Origin: Candidatus Bathyarchaeia archaeon
GTDB lineage: Archaea > Thermoproteota > Bathyarchaeia > Bathyarchaeales > Bathycorpusculaceae
DNA length: 64,000 nt
Direction of reading: 5' to 3'
NCBI GenBank assembly: GCA_038727135.1
Contig: JAVYWL010000004.1
Span: forward strand, 32,001 to 96,000
Positions 48,818-58,979 of the stretch are shown one piece after another. Position numbers and translations under genes: made by a program. Positions within the stretch are counted from its first letter, which is position 1. Every line of letters begins with the position of its first letter. Below the pieces are notes generated by a model. That model was not told the origin of the DNA and searched no databases. It saw only the letters and a list, made by a program, of their open reading frames with translations.

Positions 48818-48984
48818 TTAGCATCAGCCTCCCTCTTCAACGCCATCCTATATTTGAGGTATTTATCATCTGGCGAAAATTTTGGTGGATGCGGCACCCG
48901 CACTGGTCCACCACAGTATGGGCACTTCTCCCTCTTTAAAGTGTACCTTTTGCATTTTTCACATTTCCTCAGCAGCCAAGCCAC
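48814..48984 (-). CDS. nop10: Nop10 H/ACA RNP protein (absent from ORF track)
   Basis: Manual translation: MAWLLRKCEKCKRYTLKREKCPYCGGPVRVPHPPKFSPDDKYLKYR... Confidence 0.93.
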   Translation of the reverse strand: MAWLLRKCEKCKRYTLKREKCPYCGGPVRVPHPPKFSPDDKYLKYRMALKREADAK

Positions 48985-49773
48985 TTACTTCTCCCTTCTG
49001 AAAACCCCCTGTCCTCCAGCCTTAACAACATTTGAGATGATATTTTCGGCAACTCTTTGCAGAACTGCCTCCGCATGCTTATAATTGTCGGCTAAAACCT
49101 CAATGCAGTACTTTGGCGCCGCCATAACATAAAACCGAATGTTCGCCCCCTTTGTTTTCTCGATTTTCTTAGCGTTCATAAAAGCCTCTTTAATGATTTC
49201 CACCCCGTTAGGCTTCAAGCAGCGGAGCTCAACAATCCCCTTAATCTTAACCGTTGGCAGGCGAATTCTCTCCCTTGCAACCTCAACAAAAACCTCAGCC
49301 AATCCCTTTGGGACACCTATCTTTGTTAGGGCTTCCACCCCTTCTTTTGCAGCTTTCTCAAACCCCTCGTAAAGGCCATATTCCTTTTCAAGGAGTGCTC
49401 CAGCCTTCTCATACACTTCCTCCACAGATAAACCGGCTTTCTCGGCAACACTTCTGAGGAGCGCTTCAGCCTTTCGCTCCTTTTTCCATGAAAGCATCTT
49501 CTCAATTTTCTCTCTTTTCGTAACTCTTCTAAGGGATAAGTCTATGTGCCCCTTTTCCACGTCAACTCGTAAAACCTTTAAAACAACTTTCTGTCCTTCC
49601 CGAACAAAATCCCTTATATTCCTAATCCATGAAGAGGCAACCTCGGAAATGTGTAGGAGACCCCTCTTATCAAACTCGTCAAGCCTCACATAAGCCCCAT
49701 AATCAGTAACAGTCTCCACAGTAGCTATGACTAGGTCGCCGACTTCAGGCCACTCTTGCCTCCTCAAAACCAT
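48985..49773 (-). CDS. eif2a: Translation initiation factor 2 alpha
   Basis: S1 domain, LHISEV, HIDLSLRRV, AAPKY. Confidence 0.95.
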   Translation of the reverse strand: MVLRRQEWPEVGDLVIATVETVTDYGAYVRLDEFDKRGLLHISEVASSWIRNIRDFVREGQKVVLKVLRVDVEKGHIDLSLRRVTKREKIEKMLSWKKERKAEALLRSVAEKAGLSVEEVYEKAGALLEKEYGLYEGFEKAAKEGVEALTKIGVPKGLAEVFVEVARERIRLPTVKIKGIVELRCLKPNGVEIIKEAFMNAKKIEKTKGANIRFYVMAAPKYCIEVLADNYKHAEAVLQRVAENIISNVVKAGGQGVFRREK

Positions 49774-49785
49774 CCAGACACCATC

Positions 49786-49983
49786 TCACTCAAAAACAGC
49801 CACTACCTCACCCTTAATAGTTGCTTTCCCACCAGAAGGTTCAGCCAGCTCAGAACCACAAACATTACAAGTAACCCTGTTCACAGCATGGCTGAAAATT
49901 ATCTGCTCATTGCCACACTTTAAACACTTAACCCTAACAAAAGTGCTTTTAGGTCTTGGAATAAGCTTCTCCCACTCAGCCAT
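49786..49983 (-). CDS. rps27e: 30S ribosomal protein S27e
   Basis: PKSTFVRVKCLKCGNEQIIFSHA...CNVCG..LAEPSGGK. Confidence 0.96.
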   Translation of the reverse strand: MAEWEKLIPRPKSTFVRVKCLKCGNEQIIFSHAVNRVTCNVCGSELAEPSGGKATIKGEVVAVFE

Positions 49984-50000
49984 AACTTCCACTCACCATT

Positions 50001-50276
50001 CTAGACTATAACAAGCTTCCTTAACCTTATCCCCTCTTTATGCCTCGTGTAACCACAAACCTTACACTTCAACTTCAAAGTCTGCTTCTTAGTAGTTTTA
50101 GCAAACTTCCTCTGCAAAGGATACTTCTGCCCACCATAACCCTTCTTCTCCCGCTCGTGGTGCCGCTCACCCCTAGCCAAGGCCCTACGCTTACCAGCCT
50201 TATAAAGCGAAACCGTATGAACCTGATGCACCTTACACCTAGGACAGTAGGTCCTAATCTCCTTAGGCACATTCAT
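50001..50276 (-). CDS. rpl44e: 50S ribosomal protein L44e
   Basis: PKEIRTYCPRC, KGYGGQ, AKTTKK..LKLKCKVCG. Confidence 0.96.
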   Translation of the reverse strand: MNVPKEIRTYCPRCKVHQVHTVSLYKAGKRRALARGERHHEREKKGYGGQKYPLQRKFAKTTKKQTLKLKCKVCGYTRHKEGIRLRKLVIV

Positions 50277-50348
50277 CTAAACGCAGCCAACCTTTGCATT
50301 AAAGGGGAAATGCCTACTCATATACTTTTTCTAATCTGCTGTATAGTT

Positions 50349-50594
50349 TCACGATGTTGGTTCTTCTAAACTTTTAGCCTTAACGCTAACGAGAGCTAGT
50401 GCCATCATTAATATGCCCGTTACCAGTCCGGCAGAAAAAACAATAAACAACGCCGACAAATCCAGTTTCAAATTGGTTAAAGCAATAGCCAGCATCCCTA
50501 TCAAAAAACCTAAAATGAATATTGCGAAGCCTAACACTAAAAAGCCTTCAACGAAGCCCTTTTTAAATTTCACTACAGACGCCAAATCAGACAT
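50349..50594 (-). CDS. Small two-TM membrane protein
   Basis: Two hydrophobic helices, 81 aa. Confidence 0.55.
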   Translation of the reverse strand: MSDLASVVKFKKGFVEGFLVLGFAIFILGFLIGMLAIALTNLKLDLSALFIVFSAGLVTGILMMALALVSVKAKSLEEPTS

Positions 50595-50696
50595 TGAAAT
50601 ATTTACTCCGCATTTAAAGTTAAAAAGGCATTGGTGTTATTTCCTATATAATATTTATGCGAGGTCATAACAATACAATTGTTAAGCGTGTTAAAA

Positions 50697-51743
50697 ATGA
50701 CATTAATGTCCAATCAAAAGCTTAAAAGAGTATTCTCAGCTTTTCTGAAACTTTTACCTGCATTAAGCTTTGTCGCAGCATTCTCCATATTATATCATCT
50801 TGATCCAACTTCTTTCGATTACACTTGGAAAGGACGGACCTATTACCTATTTTTCATATGGGCTCTTTTCCTTGAAACATTACTAAACTGGGATGACCTC
50901 AAGATGCGCGAGTGGAAACTAAAGTCCATAAAATCCATTATTTTTCCAATAACTTTGCTTCTCCCAACGATCTACGTTATAGCCGCTAACTATGTCAGTT
51001 TTAATGGATATACAAACTTCAATGAACTTGTCGTAAAATGGGCTATTAACTATAAAATTGGCGGATCGGATCCTTATTTTTCTGGGAAAATGCCGCTTGC
51101 AATGGAATATTTAGTTTTCACGGTAATCTTTGAATTCATAATTATAACAGAGTACGGCATAAGCAAATTGGGAAAATATTCACTTTCAATATTCTTTTTA
51201 GGACTCATTGGCTTCATATATCTTATAGACAATTTATATCCATATGGGGCATTCACCCCATTTCAAATTATTGTTCCAACTACCGCTTCTCTTGCGGCAT
51301 TTTTCTTGAACCTTATGGGATACCAAGCGACTCTAGAAGTTTCCAATGACGCTCTTCCTAAGATACGGATGGAGGAATTGAAAAATCCTGATGGTCGAAA
51401 ATTTTCAGGTTCGATTGGCATAGGTTGGCAATGCTCAGGCATTGATAGCCTACTAATATATTCAGTTATTACTTTAATATTTTTGAAAAGAAGCGACCTT
51501 TCGCGTAGGGAAAAAATTGGGTACTTTATCATGGGTGCCATAGTGACATATCTTGTCAATATTTTAAGGATCATTTCAATCTTTGTAATTGGAACAATTT
51601 ATGGTGTTGGTTCAGAGGAATGGTGGCGTTTCCATGATTACTATGGTCCATTATACTCTATTATATGGATTACTGCTTATCCATTAATTATAATTACGGT
51701 TAGCTCTTTATGGAAAAAGTTAAAGAAGAATTCTTTGAGCTAA
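50697..51743 (+). CDS. Exosortase/archaeosortase family protein (thaumarchaeosortase-like)
   Basis: Multi-TM; CSG, NILRI and FH motifs (Cys-Arg-His triad); WKGR N-terminal motif. Confidence 0.82.
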   Translation: MTLMSNQKLKRVFSAFLKLLPALSFVAAFSILYHLDPTSFDYTWKGRTYYLFFIWALFLETLLNWDDLKMREWKLKSIKSIIFPITLLLPTIYVIAANYVSFNGYTNFNELVVKWAINYKIGGSDPYFSGKMPLAMEYLVFTVIFEFIIITEYGISKLGKYSLSIFFLGLIGFIYLIDNLYPYGAFTPFQIIVPTTASLAAFFLNLMGYQATLEVSNDALPKIRMEELKNPDGRKFSGSIGIGWQCSGIDSLLIYSVITLIFLKRSDLSRREKIGYFIMGAIVTYLVNILRIISIFVIGTIYGVGSEEWWRFHDYYGPLYSIIWITAYPLIIITVSSLWKKLKKNSLS

Positions 51744-52271
51744 ACCTTTCTTGACCAGCAATTCAGCATTTTCGACGGGCAAAGATGCCACATCCTCAGC
51801 CTTAAATGGACCGTAGGTTTTAAGGTCTAAACCAACTATGGCTTGGACGTCCTCCAAAAAGCGTAAGATAACAATTTTGTGCTCCCCTTTCGATTCACAT
51901 TTTAAACTTATAGTCTGCCTTTGGATAAGATCACTGATAAAGCTCTTGTAAGCCTGAGCGAAGTTTGAAGCGTTTTTTAAGATTTCCTCTTCTTCAGTTG
52001 TTAAGCAATTTAACGGTATCTTTTCTCCCTTAACTAGCTTTTTCGCCAGCTTTTTATATCGCAAATTCATGAGCTCTTGAGTTATGTGCTTGACGTTTTC
52101 CATCTCCTTTTTTAATAAGGAGGCCTTCAATGTTTTTTGATCTATCATTCGCGTTTCCTCCCTGATTTTTCTTAAGTACTCAACAATTTTATAGTAAAAA
52201 TCATCCGGAAGTTTTGTGAGCTCAAAAGTTGATTTTTCCTTTTGCCAGCTCTCATAAATCTTTTCATACAT
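51720..52271 (-). CDS. GINS complex subunit (Gins15/Gins51-type)
   Basis: LPDDFY, RYKKL, LTTEE, C-terminal B domain YGPFKAEDVASLP.ENA. Confidence 0.88.
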   Translation of the reverse strand: MYEKIYESWQKEKSTFELTKLPDDFYYKIVEYLRKIREETRMIDQKTLKASLLKKEMENVKHITQELMNLRYKKLAKKLVKGEKIPLNCLTTEEEEILKNASNFAQAYKSFISDLIQRQTISLKCESKGEHKIVILRFLEDVQAIVGLDLKTYGPFKAEDVASLPVENAELLVKKGLAQRILL

Positions 52272-53489
52272 TCACCCTAAAACCTCCGCCTTTCCTTTAC
52301 AAATTAGCAGCATTGCTGCTGCCGTTGGTAGGGTAACCTTCTGATTTTTGTAAGGTCCATAGGTTTCATCACTCACCCTAAATTCAGGGGAATCTGAAAC
52401 AAAAACAGTTATAGTTCCCTCTTTAAATGCTATTGCCCTTTTAAATGGGTCGAAGTTGTCAATTTCTGACGGCGAAAACTCGACTTTTTTAAGTCCTGTT
52501 TTACCGTGTAAAGTTTCTGGAAGTCTAATTAGTCTATGTACATCTGTTGTAACCACGGTGTCGATTTTTACCGATTGAATTTTTGCAGCGTGTTCTATCA
52601 ATTTTTTAAAAGTTTCAAAACCAACTCCACCAATGCCATGGAAGGTTCCAAGTTTCAAGTTTTTTATAAAAGTCTCTTTGTTTTGAATTACGGTTTTCGA
52701 TATGTTCTTTTTTAGACCAATTTCTCTTAAATCATCTTCTGTGGCTTCATGAATGAACTTTGCCATGCTTTCTTTGATACGTTTTGCCCAACTATAGTCG
52801 CTTGTATGATCTTTGAACAAGTTGTTTCTTTTCATTTTTGAATAAGAAATTATGTCTAAACCTTGGCATATCATATAGTCAACGATTTCTTTACGTGCAA
52901 GCGCGTCAAGTTTTTTTACAATATCGCTTTCAATATGAATATGGTAACCGCGATGTCCAGAAAAGAATAGGCGTATCTCCTTTTCGGAAAAACCAAAATC
53001 TTTTGTTAACATGTCTAGAAGCTTTAAGGTTTCCACTTTTGCTGACTCTAAACAAATTTCACAAGGCCATGTGGTTGCATCAAATTTTCCACCACTGCAG
53101 ATAGGGCATTTTTCTGGCGTGATTCCTCTTCCGGTAAAACCGCAATTAGAGCAATTCCACGTGTCATGAATTTTGCTGCAAGGCGTTGGAATGTGGTCAG
53201 CGTCGATGTCAAAAATTAAGTCAGCTCCTAACCATCCTTTCCTATCCATTTCAGCTTCTGGATTTTCGTAATAGGCGCATGAAAAGTATGCATCTGATGG
53301 AACCGAATCTCGTAGAAAAGCTTCTAAATCCTCCGCTTTTTTAAAAGACTTGTGCCTCAGCATCCGACCCTCAAAGAGATTAAAGCCAAACTCGCGCCTA
53401 TTTATCTCGGAGATAAAAGAACTTTTCAGAAGAGAGTGACTTTGATAAAATTTACGAAACATAACTTTAACAAAAGCTTTAGATTCCAT
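52272..53489 (-). CDS. priS: DNA primase small subunit with Cys-rich insertion
   Basis: REFGF, LIFDIDAD, FSGHRGYH, IDTVVT.D.HRLIRLP; start ATG 53489. Confidence 0.95.
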   Translation of the reverse strand: MESKAFVKVMFRKFYQSHSLLKSSFISEINRREFGFNLFEGRMLRHKSFKKAEDLEAFLRDSVPSDAYFSCAYYENPEAEMDRKGWLGADLIFDIDADHIPTPCSKIHDTWNCSNCGFTGRGITPEKCPICSGGKFDATTWPCEICLESAKVETLKLLDMLTKDFGFSEKEIRLFFSGHRGYHIHIESDIVKKLDALARKEIVDYMICQGLDIISYSKMKRNNLFKDHTSDYSWAKRIKESMAKFIHEATEDDLREIGLKKNISKTVIQNKETFIKNLKLGTFHGIGGVGFETFKKLIEHAAKIQSVKIDTVVTTDVHRLIRLPETLHGKTGLKKVEFSPSEIDNFDPFKRAIAFKEGTITVFVSDSPEFRVSDETYGPYKNQKVTLPTAAAMLLICKGKAEVLG

Positions 53490-53609
53490 CTTAAACCAAC
53501 ATATAAAATGGTAGTAGTTGACTATAAAATCCTTCTCTGCACTTAACAAAAACAAGATTCAAAAATGCGATGAAATAAAAAGGTTAAATACATTCGTTAA
53601 TTCTACGAC

Positions 53610-55781
53610 ATGTTAATGAGCGAAAAGAAAGAAATCTTGACTGATCTTCATAGGAGAGCTCTAAAATCCCTGCAAGTCGTTTTGATAGTGTTGATCTTTC
53701 TGGTCTCTTTTCTTTTAAAGTTCTTTATAATCCGTGTGAACAATGGATTGGGGGCTGATTATGGCGCCTATCTTAAATGGGCTGATGTTTTGAGAGGTTT
53801 TGATGTTACGGGTAAAGGACTACGGTATCCGCCAATTTACCCCGCTTTGCTAAGTTTTTTCACGTCATTTTTGGATGAAATCACAGCATTGATGGTGTGC
53901 GCAGCCTTTGTTTTTTCACTAATAGTTTTCCCTTACTTTTTACTGGCGAAGAAAATATTTGGAAGGGGTGCCTTTCCCCTAGTATCTTCTCTTTTAATCG
54001 TTTTTAATACGCTATATTCCGAAATGATCGGATGGGGCGGGAACGCTAATATGTTGGCGCTTGTCTTTCTCGTAGCCTTTCTTATATTTTGGGTTAACTG
54101 CATAAGGAATGTTAAGAGTATGAGGGACAAACTGTTAGCCGCGTTCTTCGCCAGTTTAACTGTAGGTTCTCATTACTTAGCAGCCGCATATCTCCTCATG
54201 TTTTTTCTCTCTTTTCTTTTTCTACTTTTAGTGTTGTGGTGTAAAAATCACGGGGATAAAAATATTGTAAATCTTGCAAAGTCCACATTAATAATTGGGC
54301 TGATAAGCTCTGTTTTGTGCACTCCATATATTTTTAATTATACCCATATTCTAAATTCGGCGGTCCTACAAGAAACAAATCTTTCATTGGCTGATCAGCG
54401 CATTGGCTTACTGAGTTATTTACTTTGGTTCAAACAAGCGCATTTATTTACCATTATCCTCATATCTCTTGGAATCATTGGAGTTTTAATTCTGATAGGT
54501 GAAAACAGATTGCTGGGCATAACATTAGCAGCCCTTTTTATTAGTGGGTGTTTGCCGATTTTCTTCACTTTACACTCAGCACGATGGGTCTTCTTCTGGC
54601 CAATACCTTTATTCTTAGGTGTATCCGTTTTCGTTAAAAAATTGTTATCAAAGCTTGAAGGTTTTAACAAGCGTTTAAAACTAATTTCTTTAGCTTGTTT
54701 AACCCTATTGATTTCTATGTCTATTTTCGGCTCCTTCTCCTCTCTCTTAATGGCAGTTTCATACTATAAAGTTTTAACACCCCAGTTTCTGGACGCGCTT
54801 AACTACTTGAGAAATAGCACTAATGGAGACTCAATCATCGCTACATCTGGGCCCTTCAAGCGAGGTGGTGAAGGTGATGGAATTTGTTATGGTTGGTGGA
54901 TTGAAGGATACGCTGATAGGCAAAGTGTTGCGACAGCGCATTTACGTTTTCTAACCTATTATGATGAAAGAGAAGTAGCTAAAAAAGCCAACATAATCTT
55001 TTCAGGCACTGATGTTCTTTTAAATGACTTTGTGATGGTTGCTGAAACCTTTCCAGCCGGTGTGGGCAATCCGAAGATAAGCGTAAACATTGGAGATTTC
55101 TATGATGGCCTTTTATTTTTCGCCGATGATAAGACGATAATTACGTGTTGCCAAAGCTCAAACATCACTTTGGGTAGCATTAAAGACACTGTTACCTATC
55201 AAGAAAATGAAGCTCATCCTGAAATTAACATATCGTATACCATTCGCGGTTCGGCAGTTCTAATTAAAAGTATAAGTATTTTGGATGATTTGACGGTTGA
55301 GGTTTCCTTTCAAATTCTTCAAACCAATATTACAAAAATTTTTATGCCTCTTTTTAAGTCAGATTTTGTAGATCTTAACAGCTATTTTAAATGGAGTAAC
55401 AAAGAGGTTGCGCTTGAAATGATTACTTCCATGGGGGCGTATGTTCGGCTAAATATGATCATAGATTATGAAGGAACGGTTAATACATACGTCAGACCAG
55501 CAGTCGGGAAGGAACAGGAATTCGCAATACTTGCATTTGATATTCCATCTTATGATGCGGTAATACGCTTAAGATTTGTTCTTCCAAAGCTTCTAAGCAT
55601 AGGTTCCGGTCAAGTGCGATACTTTAATGCTTATAAGCTAATCGAGGAGATGGGGATAGACTATGTCTTGATCAATGTAAACCGCAGAAGGGAATTTGAA
55701 TGGTTCAACAGCGATAATAATTTTTCAAAAGTGTTTGAAAATGATGAAGTAGCAATTTTCAAGCATCTTCTCCAACATTAA
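53610..55781 (+). CDS. Multi-TM GT-C-fold-like membrane glycosyltransferase with soluble C-terminal domain
   Basis: About 12 TM helices, D..Y loop, YPP.YP motif, WWI motif, IDYV and VF.NDEV.IF tail. Confidence 0.6.
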   Translation: MLMSEKKEILTDLHRRALKSLQVVLIVLIFLVSFLLKFFIIRVNNGLGADYGAYLKWADVLRGFDVTGKGLRYPPIYPALLSFFTSFLDEITALMVCAAFVFSLIVFPYFLLAKKIFGRGAFPLVSSLLIVFNTLYSEMIGWGGNANMLALVFLVAFLIFWVNCIRNVKSMRDKLLAAFFASLTVGSHYLAAAYLLMFFLSFLFLLLVLWCKNHGDKNIVNLAKSTLIIGLISSVLCTPYIFNYTHILNSAVLQETNLSLADQRIGLLSYLLWFKQAHLFTIILISLGIIGVLILIGENRLLGITLAALFISGCLPIFFTLHSARWVFFWPIPLFLGVSVFVKKLLSKLEGFNKRLKLISLACLTLLISMSIFGSFSSLLMAVSYYKVLTPQFLDALNYLRNSTNGDSIIATSGPFKRGGEGDGICYGWWIEGYADRQSVATAHLRFLTYYDEREVAKKANIIFSGTDVLLNDFVMVAETFPAGVGNPKISVNIGDFYDGLLFFADDKTIITCCQSSNITLGSIKDTVTYQENEAHPEINISYTIRGSAVLIKSISILDDLTVEVSFQILQTNITKIFMPLFKSDFVDLNSYFKWSNKEVALEMITSMGAYVRLNMIIDYEGTVNTYVRPAVGKEQEFAILAFDIPSYDAVIRLRFVLPKLLSIGSGQVRYFNAYKLIEEMGIDYVLINVNRRREFEWFNSDNNFSKVFENDEVAIFKHLLQH

Positions 55782-56821
55782 TCTCTAGAAGCCTGCGCCT
55801 TCCCTAGGACTTGTTCAATTATTTCTAAGACCAGTTTACCATCCTCAGCCGGTACGGGTGGTTCGGTGTTTTTTTCTATAGCATCGATGAATTTGCGGAT
55901 GAGCTCGTTGTGTCCAAAGTAAAGGCTTTTTGCAAGAAAGCGGAAACCCGAGTTTGCCGTCTCTTTGGTCATCTGCCATATTAAGTTTAAGGAGTTTATC
56001 AGTACTTCATATGGTGTGTGTCTACCTCCTTCCTTCAACTCTATTATTGCGTCGCGGAAAAAGTCGATTATTGCCACACGTTTTGTCCCCATAATTGCCA
56101 TAATCCATTCATCTCTTGGGGAATTAAAGGCTGAGTAGATATATGCTGTTGAGTTTTCCGCTTTCGATTCTAAAAATGCCTCTACACGTGACAATGGTTG
56201 TGGATTATTCTCCCATTCCTCAACTCTAGACCATGAAACTGACGTGCCTCTGCCAAGAAATTCGAGAATTGAATAAATCATATGGGGTGATTCATCAAAA
56301 AACAAGCCTCCAGGAAGCATAGGGTACCATTTCGGCAATCTTCTCTTTAAATTTGACATTTGAAGAGCAATAATATTAGTCACATTTCCAAAGGCACCTA
56401 AGTCTCTAAGCCTCCTAGCCTTTTTCATTGAACGGGAAAAGAGGAAATTATGGGAAACACAGATTTTTACACTATTTCGCCTCGCTGCCTCTATCATCAT
56501 TTCAGCCTCCCTCGTATTCATGGCTAAGGGCTTTTCGACAAAAACATGACAGCTAGATTCAGCCGCCTTAACAGCAATTTCGCAGTGAGTGAATGGCGGT
56601 GTACAAATATCAACAATATCCAATGAATTGCTCAGTAAACTGTCTACATTATCATAAATCTTCGGAATTCCAAATTTCTTTGCAACCTTTCTGGTCTCTT
56701 CCGTGGCCTTGCTAACAATGCCAACTATCTTAACTCTAGGATCTTTAATTAATGATGGAATATGACGGTTTACCGCCACCCATCCTGACCCAACAATGCC
56801 AACTTTAAGCATATGCTTCAC
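55778..56821 (-). CDS. Gfo/Idh/MocA oxidoreductase
   Basis: GSGWVA, VEKP, GG.FFDESPH. Confidence 0.9.
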   Translation of the reverse strand: MKHMLKVGIVGSGWVAVNRHIPSLIKDPRVKIVGIVSKATEETRKVAKKFGIPKIYDNVDSLLSNSLDIVDICTPPFTHCEIAVKAAESSCHVFVEKPLAMNTREAEMMIEAARRNSVKICVSHNFLFSRSMKKARRLRDLGAFGNVTNIIALQMSNLKRRLPKWYPMLPGGLFFDESPHMIYSILEFLGRGTSVSWSRVEEWENNPQPLSRVEAFLESKAENSTAYIYSAFNSPRDEWIMAIMGTKRVAIIDFFRDAIIELKEGGRHTPYEVLINSLNLIWQMTKETANSGFRFLAKSLYFGHNELIRKFIDAIEKNTEPPVPAEDGKLVLEIIEQVLGKAQASRD

Positions 56822-57978
56822 CTCAACGACTCATAAACGGACAGAACACTTAAGGCTGCTGAATCCCAACTAAACTTTTCCCTAAAATGATGCTCAATAA
56901 AAGCCCGCGCGTTCCGTCCAAGCCTTAGAGCTTCAGCTGGTGATTCAACTAAGTATTTTATTGCTTCGGCAAGCTGCCTTGCGTTGCCGGGCTCTATGAG
57001 GATTCCCGTTTCGTTGTGCATAATGATTTCGGATGTGCCGCTTACATGTGTTGCGATTATTGGTAATCCAGAAGCCATTGCCTCAAGAATTGTTAGGGGC
57101 ATGCCCTCGGTTAAAGACGGACGGACAAAAATTCCACCGTTTCTCAGTATTTCTGAGACTTTTGGAACAAAGCCCAAAAATTCAAAATAGGGTGAAAGTC
57201 CATACCTTGCGACAAGCTCTTCGAGTTGTTGTCTGTATGGTCCGTCTCCAACAATTTTAAACCTTATCTTTGTGATTTTGCTATTTATTAGGATTTTTGC
57301 GGCCTCCACAAGGTATTCTAATCCCTTATTTGGGATGAGTCTCCCAACAAAAATAACTTCCGGCTTGATGCTTTTTTGCATATTAAAAGATGAGCTAAAC
57401 TCTTCAAGGTCAACACCGTTTGGAATAACCACAACCTTTTTGGGCGGAGCACCTAGCGAAATTACGTGCTGCCGGACTGCGTGGCTCACGGCTATAATGG
57501 CGTCGCTTGAGGATAGAATAATTTTTCCAAAAAATTTTTCATAAGCTTTTGCGGCTAAAGCTTTCCAGCGTCCCAAAAGTGCAAGGTTGCTGACGTCTCC
57601 CAGATGGGCAGAGAAAACCAGTTTTCGATGAGAAACGCGTTTAATAAGCACAGCCAGCAATGATGTTGTAAAGAAAATATTATGGGCATGTATTATGTCC
57701 GGCGAAAAATCTTTTGCTACATTCAGAACTTTTTTAATGTCTTTTGGAACTGACAATTGCATCTGGAAAAGTTTTGTTAAGTTCACACCAGCCACTCTGT
57801 AAACTTTGATGCCGTCAACATCGTAACATAAACAATTTTCCCCCAAAGTGATTACTAAAATATCACATCCCATCTTCACAAGCCTTTTAGATAATTCATA
57901 AACAACTTTTTCCACGCCGCCACCTACATGCGGATAGAAGTAATCACTAAACATTAAGACCCTTAATTTTTGGGACAT
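56818..57978 (-). CDS. GT4 glycosyltransferase
   Basis: GGVE, IPNGVD, FVGRL...KG, EGMPLTILEAMASG. Confidence 0.93.
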   Translation of the reverse strand: MSQKLRVLMFSDYFYPHVGGGVEKVVYELSKRLVKMGCDILVITLGENCLCYDVDGIKVYRVAGVNLTKLFQMQLSVPKDIKKVLNVAKDFSPDIIHAHNIFFTTSLLAVLIKRVSHRKLVFSAHLGDVSNLALLGRWKALAAKAYEKFFGKIILSSSDAIIAVSHAVRQHVISLGAPPKKVVVIPNGVDLEEFSSSFNMQKSIKPEVIFVGRLIPNKGLEYLVEAAKILINSKITKIRFKIVGDGPYRQQLEELVARYGLSPYFEFLGFVPKVSEILRNGGIFVRPSLTEGMPLTILEAMASGLPIIATHVSGTSEIIMHNETGILIEPGNARQLAEAIKYLVESPAEALRLGRNARAFIEHHFREKFSWDSAALSVLSVYESLR

Positions 57979-58084
57979 TGTTCTTTCCACTTCAACCGTT
58001 TTAATTTGACTGTTTAAGAATTTCACACGACCATAACACAGTTTAAACAAGTTAAATAGGCAGCATACTATTTTGGTGTTCGTT

Positions 58085-58897
58085 TTAGCATATTATTACT
58101 CGCCTTAAGTCTAGCAGCATCGGAGTGCGGCTGTTTTCCGGTAAATTGATGGGCGTATAAGCTGGTAGCCATGATGGCTTCGGTAGGATGAAGTACCATC
58201 TTAGGGTGAATAGGTGTAATGCATTTTTCATTCCATCCACCAACGTGTTGAGTTTTTGCTTTCCTATGCGTTTTCTGTAGGGTACTGGTATTTCCGCCGC
58301 CTTAAACAGTCTGAAGGCGAAAACCTTTATTTCTTCTGAGAATGCCATGCCATCTGCTAGAAAGTCTATTTTGTCCAGTATGCTTTTTCTGAAAACCCAC
58401 ATTCCTGACTGTGAATCGTTAATGTTTACTCTGAACAACAGCCTTGTTATATAAGTTAGTATCTTGTTTCCGACGAGGTGAAGCCATGGGAAGCTCTTAT
58501 GTGTAAACTTTTTCATTCTATTTGTTGAGATGAAATCCAGCCTATATGTTTCTAGCATTTTAACAAGTTTTGGAATTAAGTAGGCTGGGTATGAGTAGTC
58601 TCCGTCTAATGTTACTATTATATCTCCGCTTGCATGCATGAAACCGGTTTTGTAGGCCCTTCCATAACCTCTGCGTGGCTCTATTACAACTTTGACTCCA
58701 TTTTTATAGGCTATTTCCCTTGTGCGGTCTGTAGATCCGCCGTCTACTACTATGATCTCGCATTTGTAGCCTATTTCTTCAAGTTCTTCTCTGGGGATTT
58801 CATCTAATACTCTTTGAAGACCTTTTTCCTCATTTAAGACTGGGATAACTATGCTTACTAACTTTTGAGTGCTCAATCTCAACCTTACCTTGCTCAT
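58085..58897 (-). CDS. GT2 glycosyltransferase (dolichol-phosphate sugar synthase-like)
   Basis: IPVLNEE, VDGGSTDRT, GYG.A, DGD, DSQSG. Confidence 0.92.
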   Translation of the reverse strand: MSKVRLRLSTQKLVSIVIPVLNEEKGLQRVLDEIPREELEEIGYKCEIIVVDGGSTDRTREIAYKNGVKVVIEPRRGYGRAYKTGFMHASGDIIVTLDGDYSYPAYLIPKLVKMLETYRLDFISTNRMKKFTHKSFPWLHLVGNKILTYITRLLFRVNINDSQSGMWVFRKSILDKIDFLADGMAFSEEIKVFAFRLFKAAEIPVPYRKRIGKQKLNTLVDGMKNALHLFTLRWYFILPKPSWLPAYTPINLPENSRTPMLLDLRRVIIC

Positions 58898-58979
58898 ATT
58901 TCTGAAAGATGTTAACATTTAAGTTTATCGCGGCGATTATGATTTTGGGTTATAAAACTGATCGTTTCTTTTATCCTAT

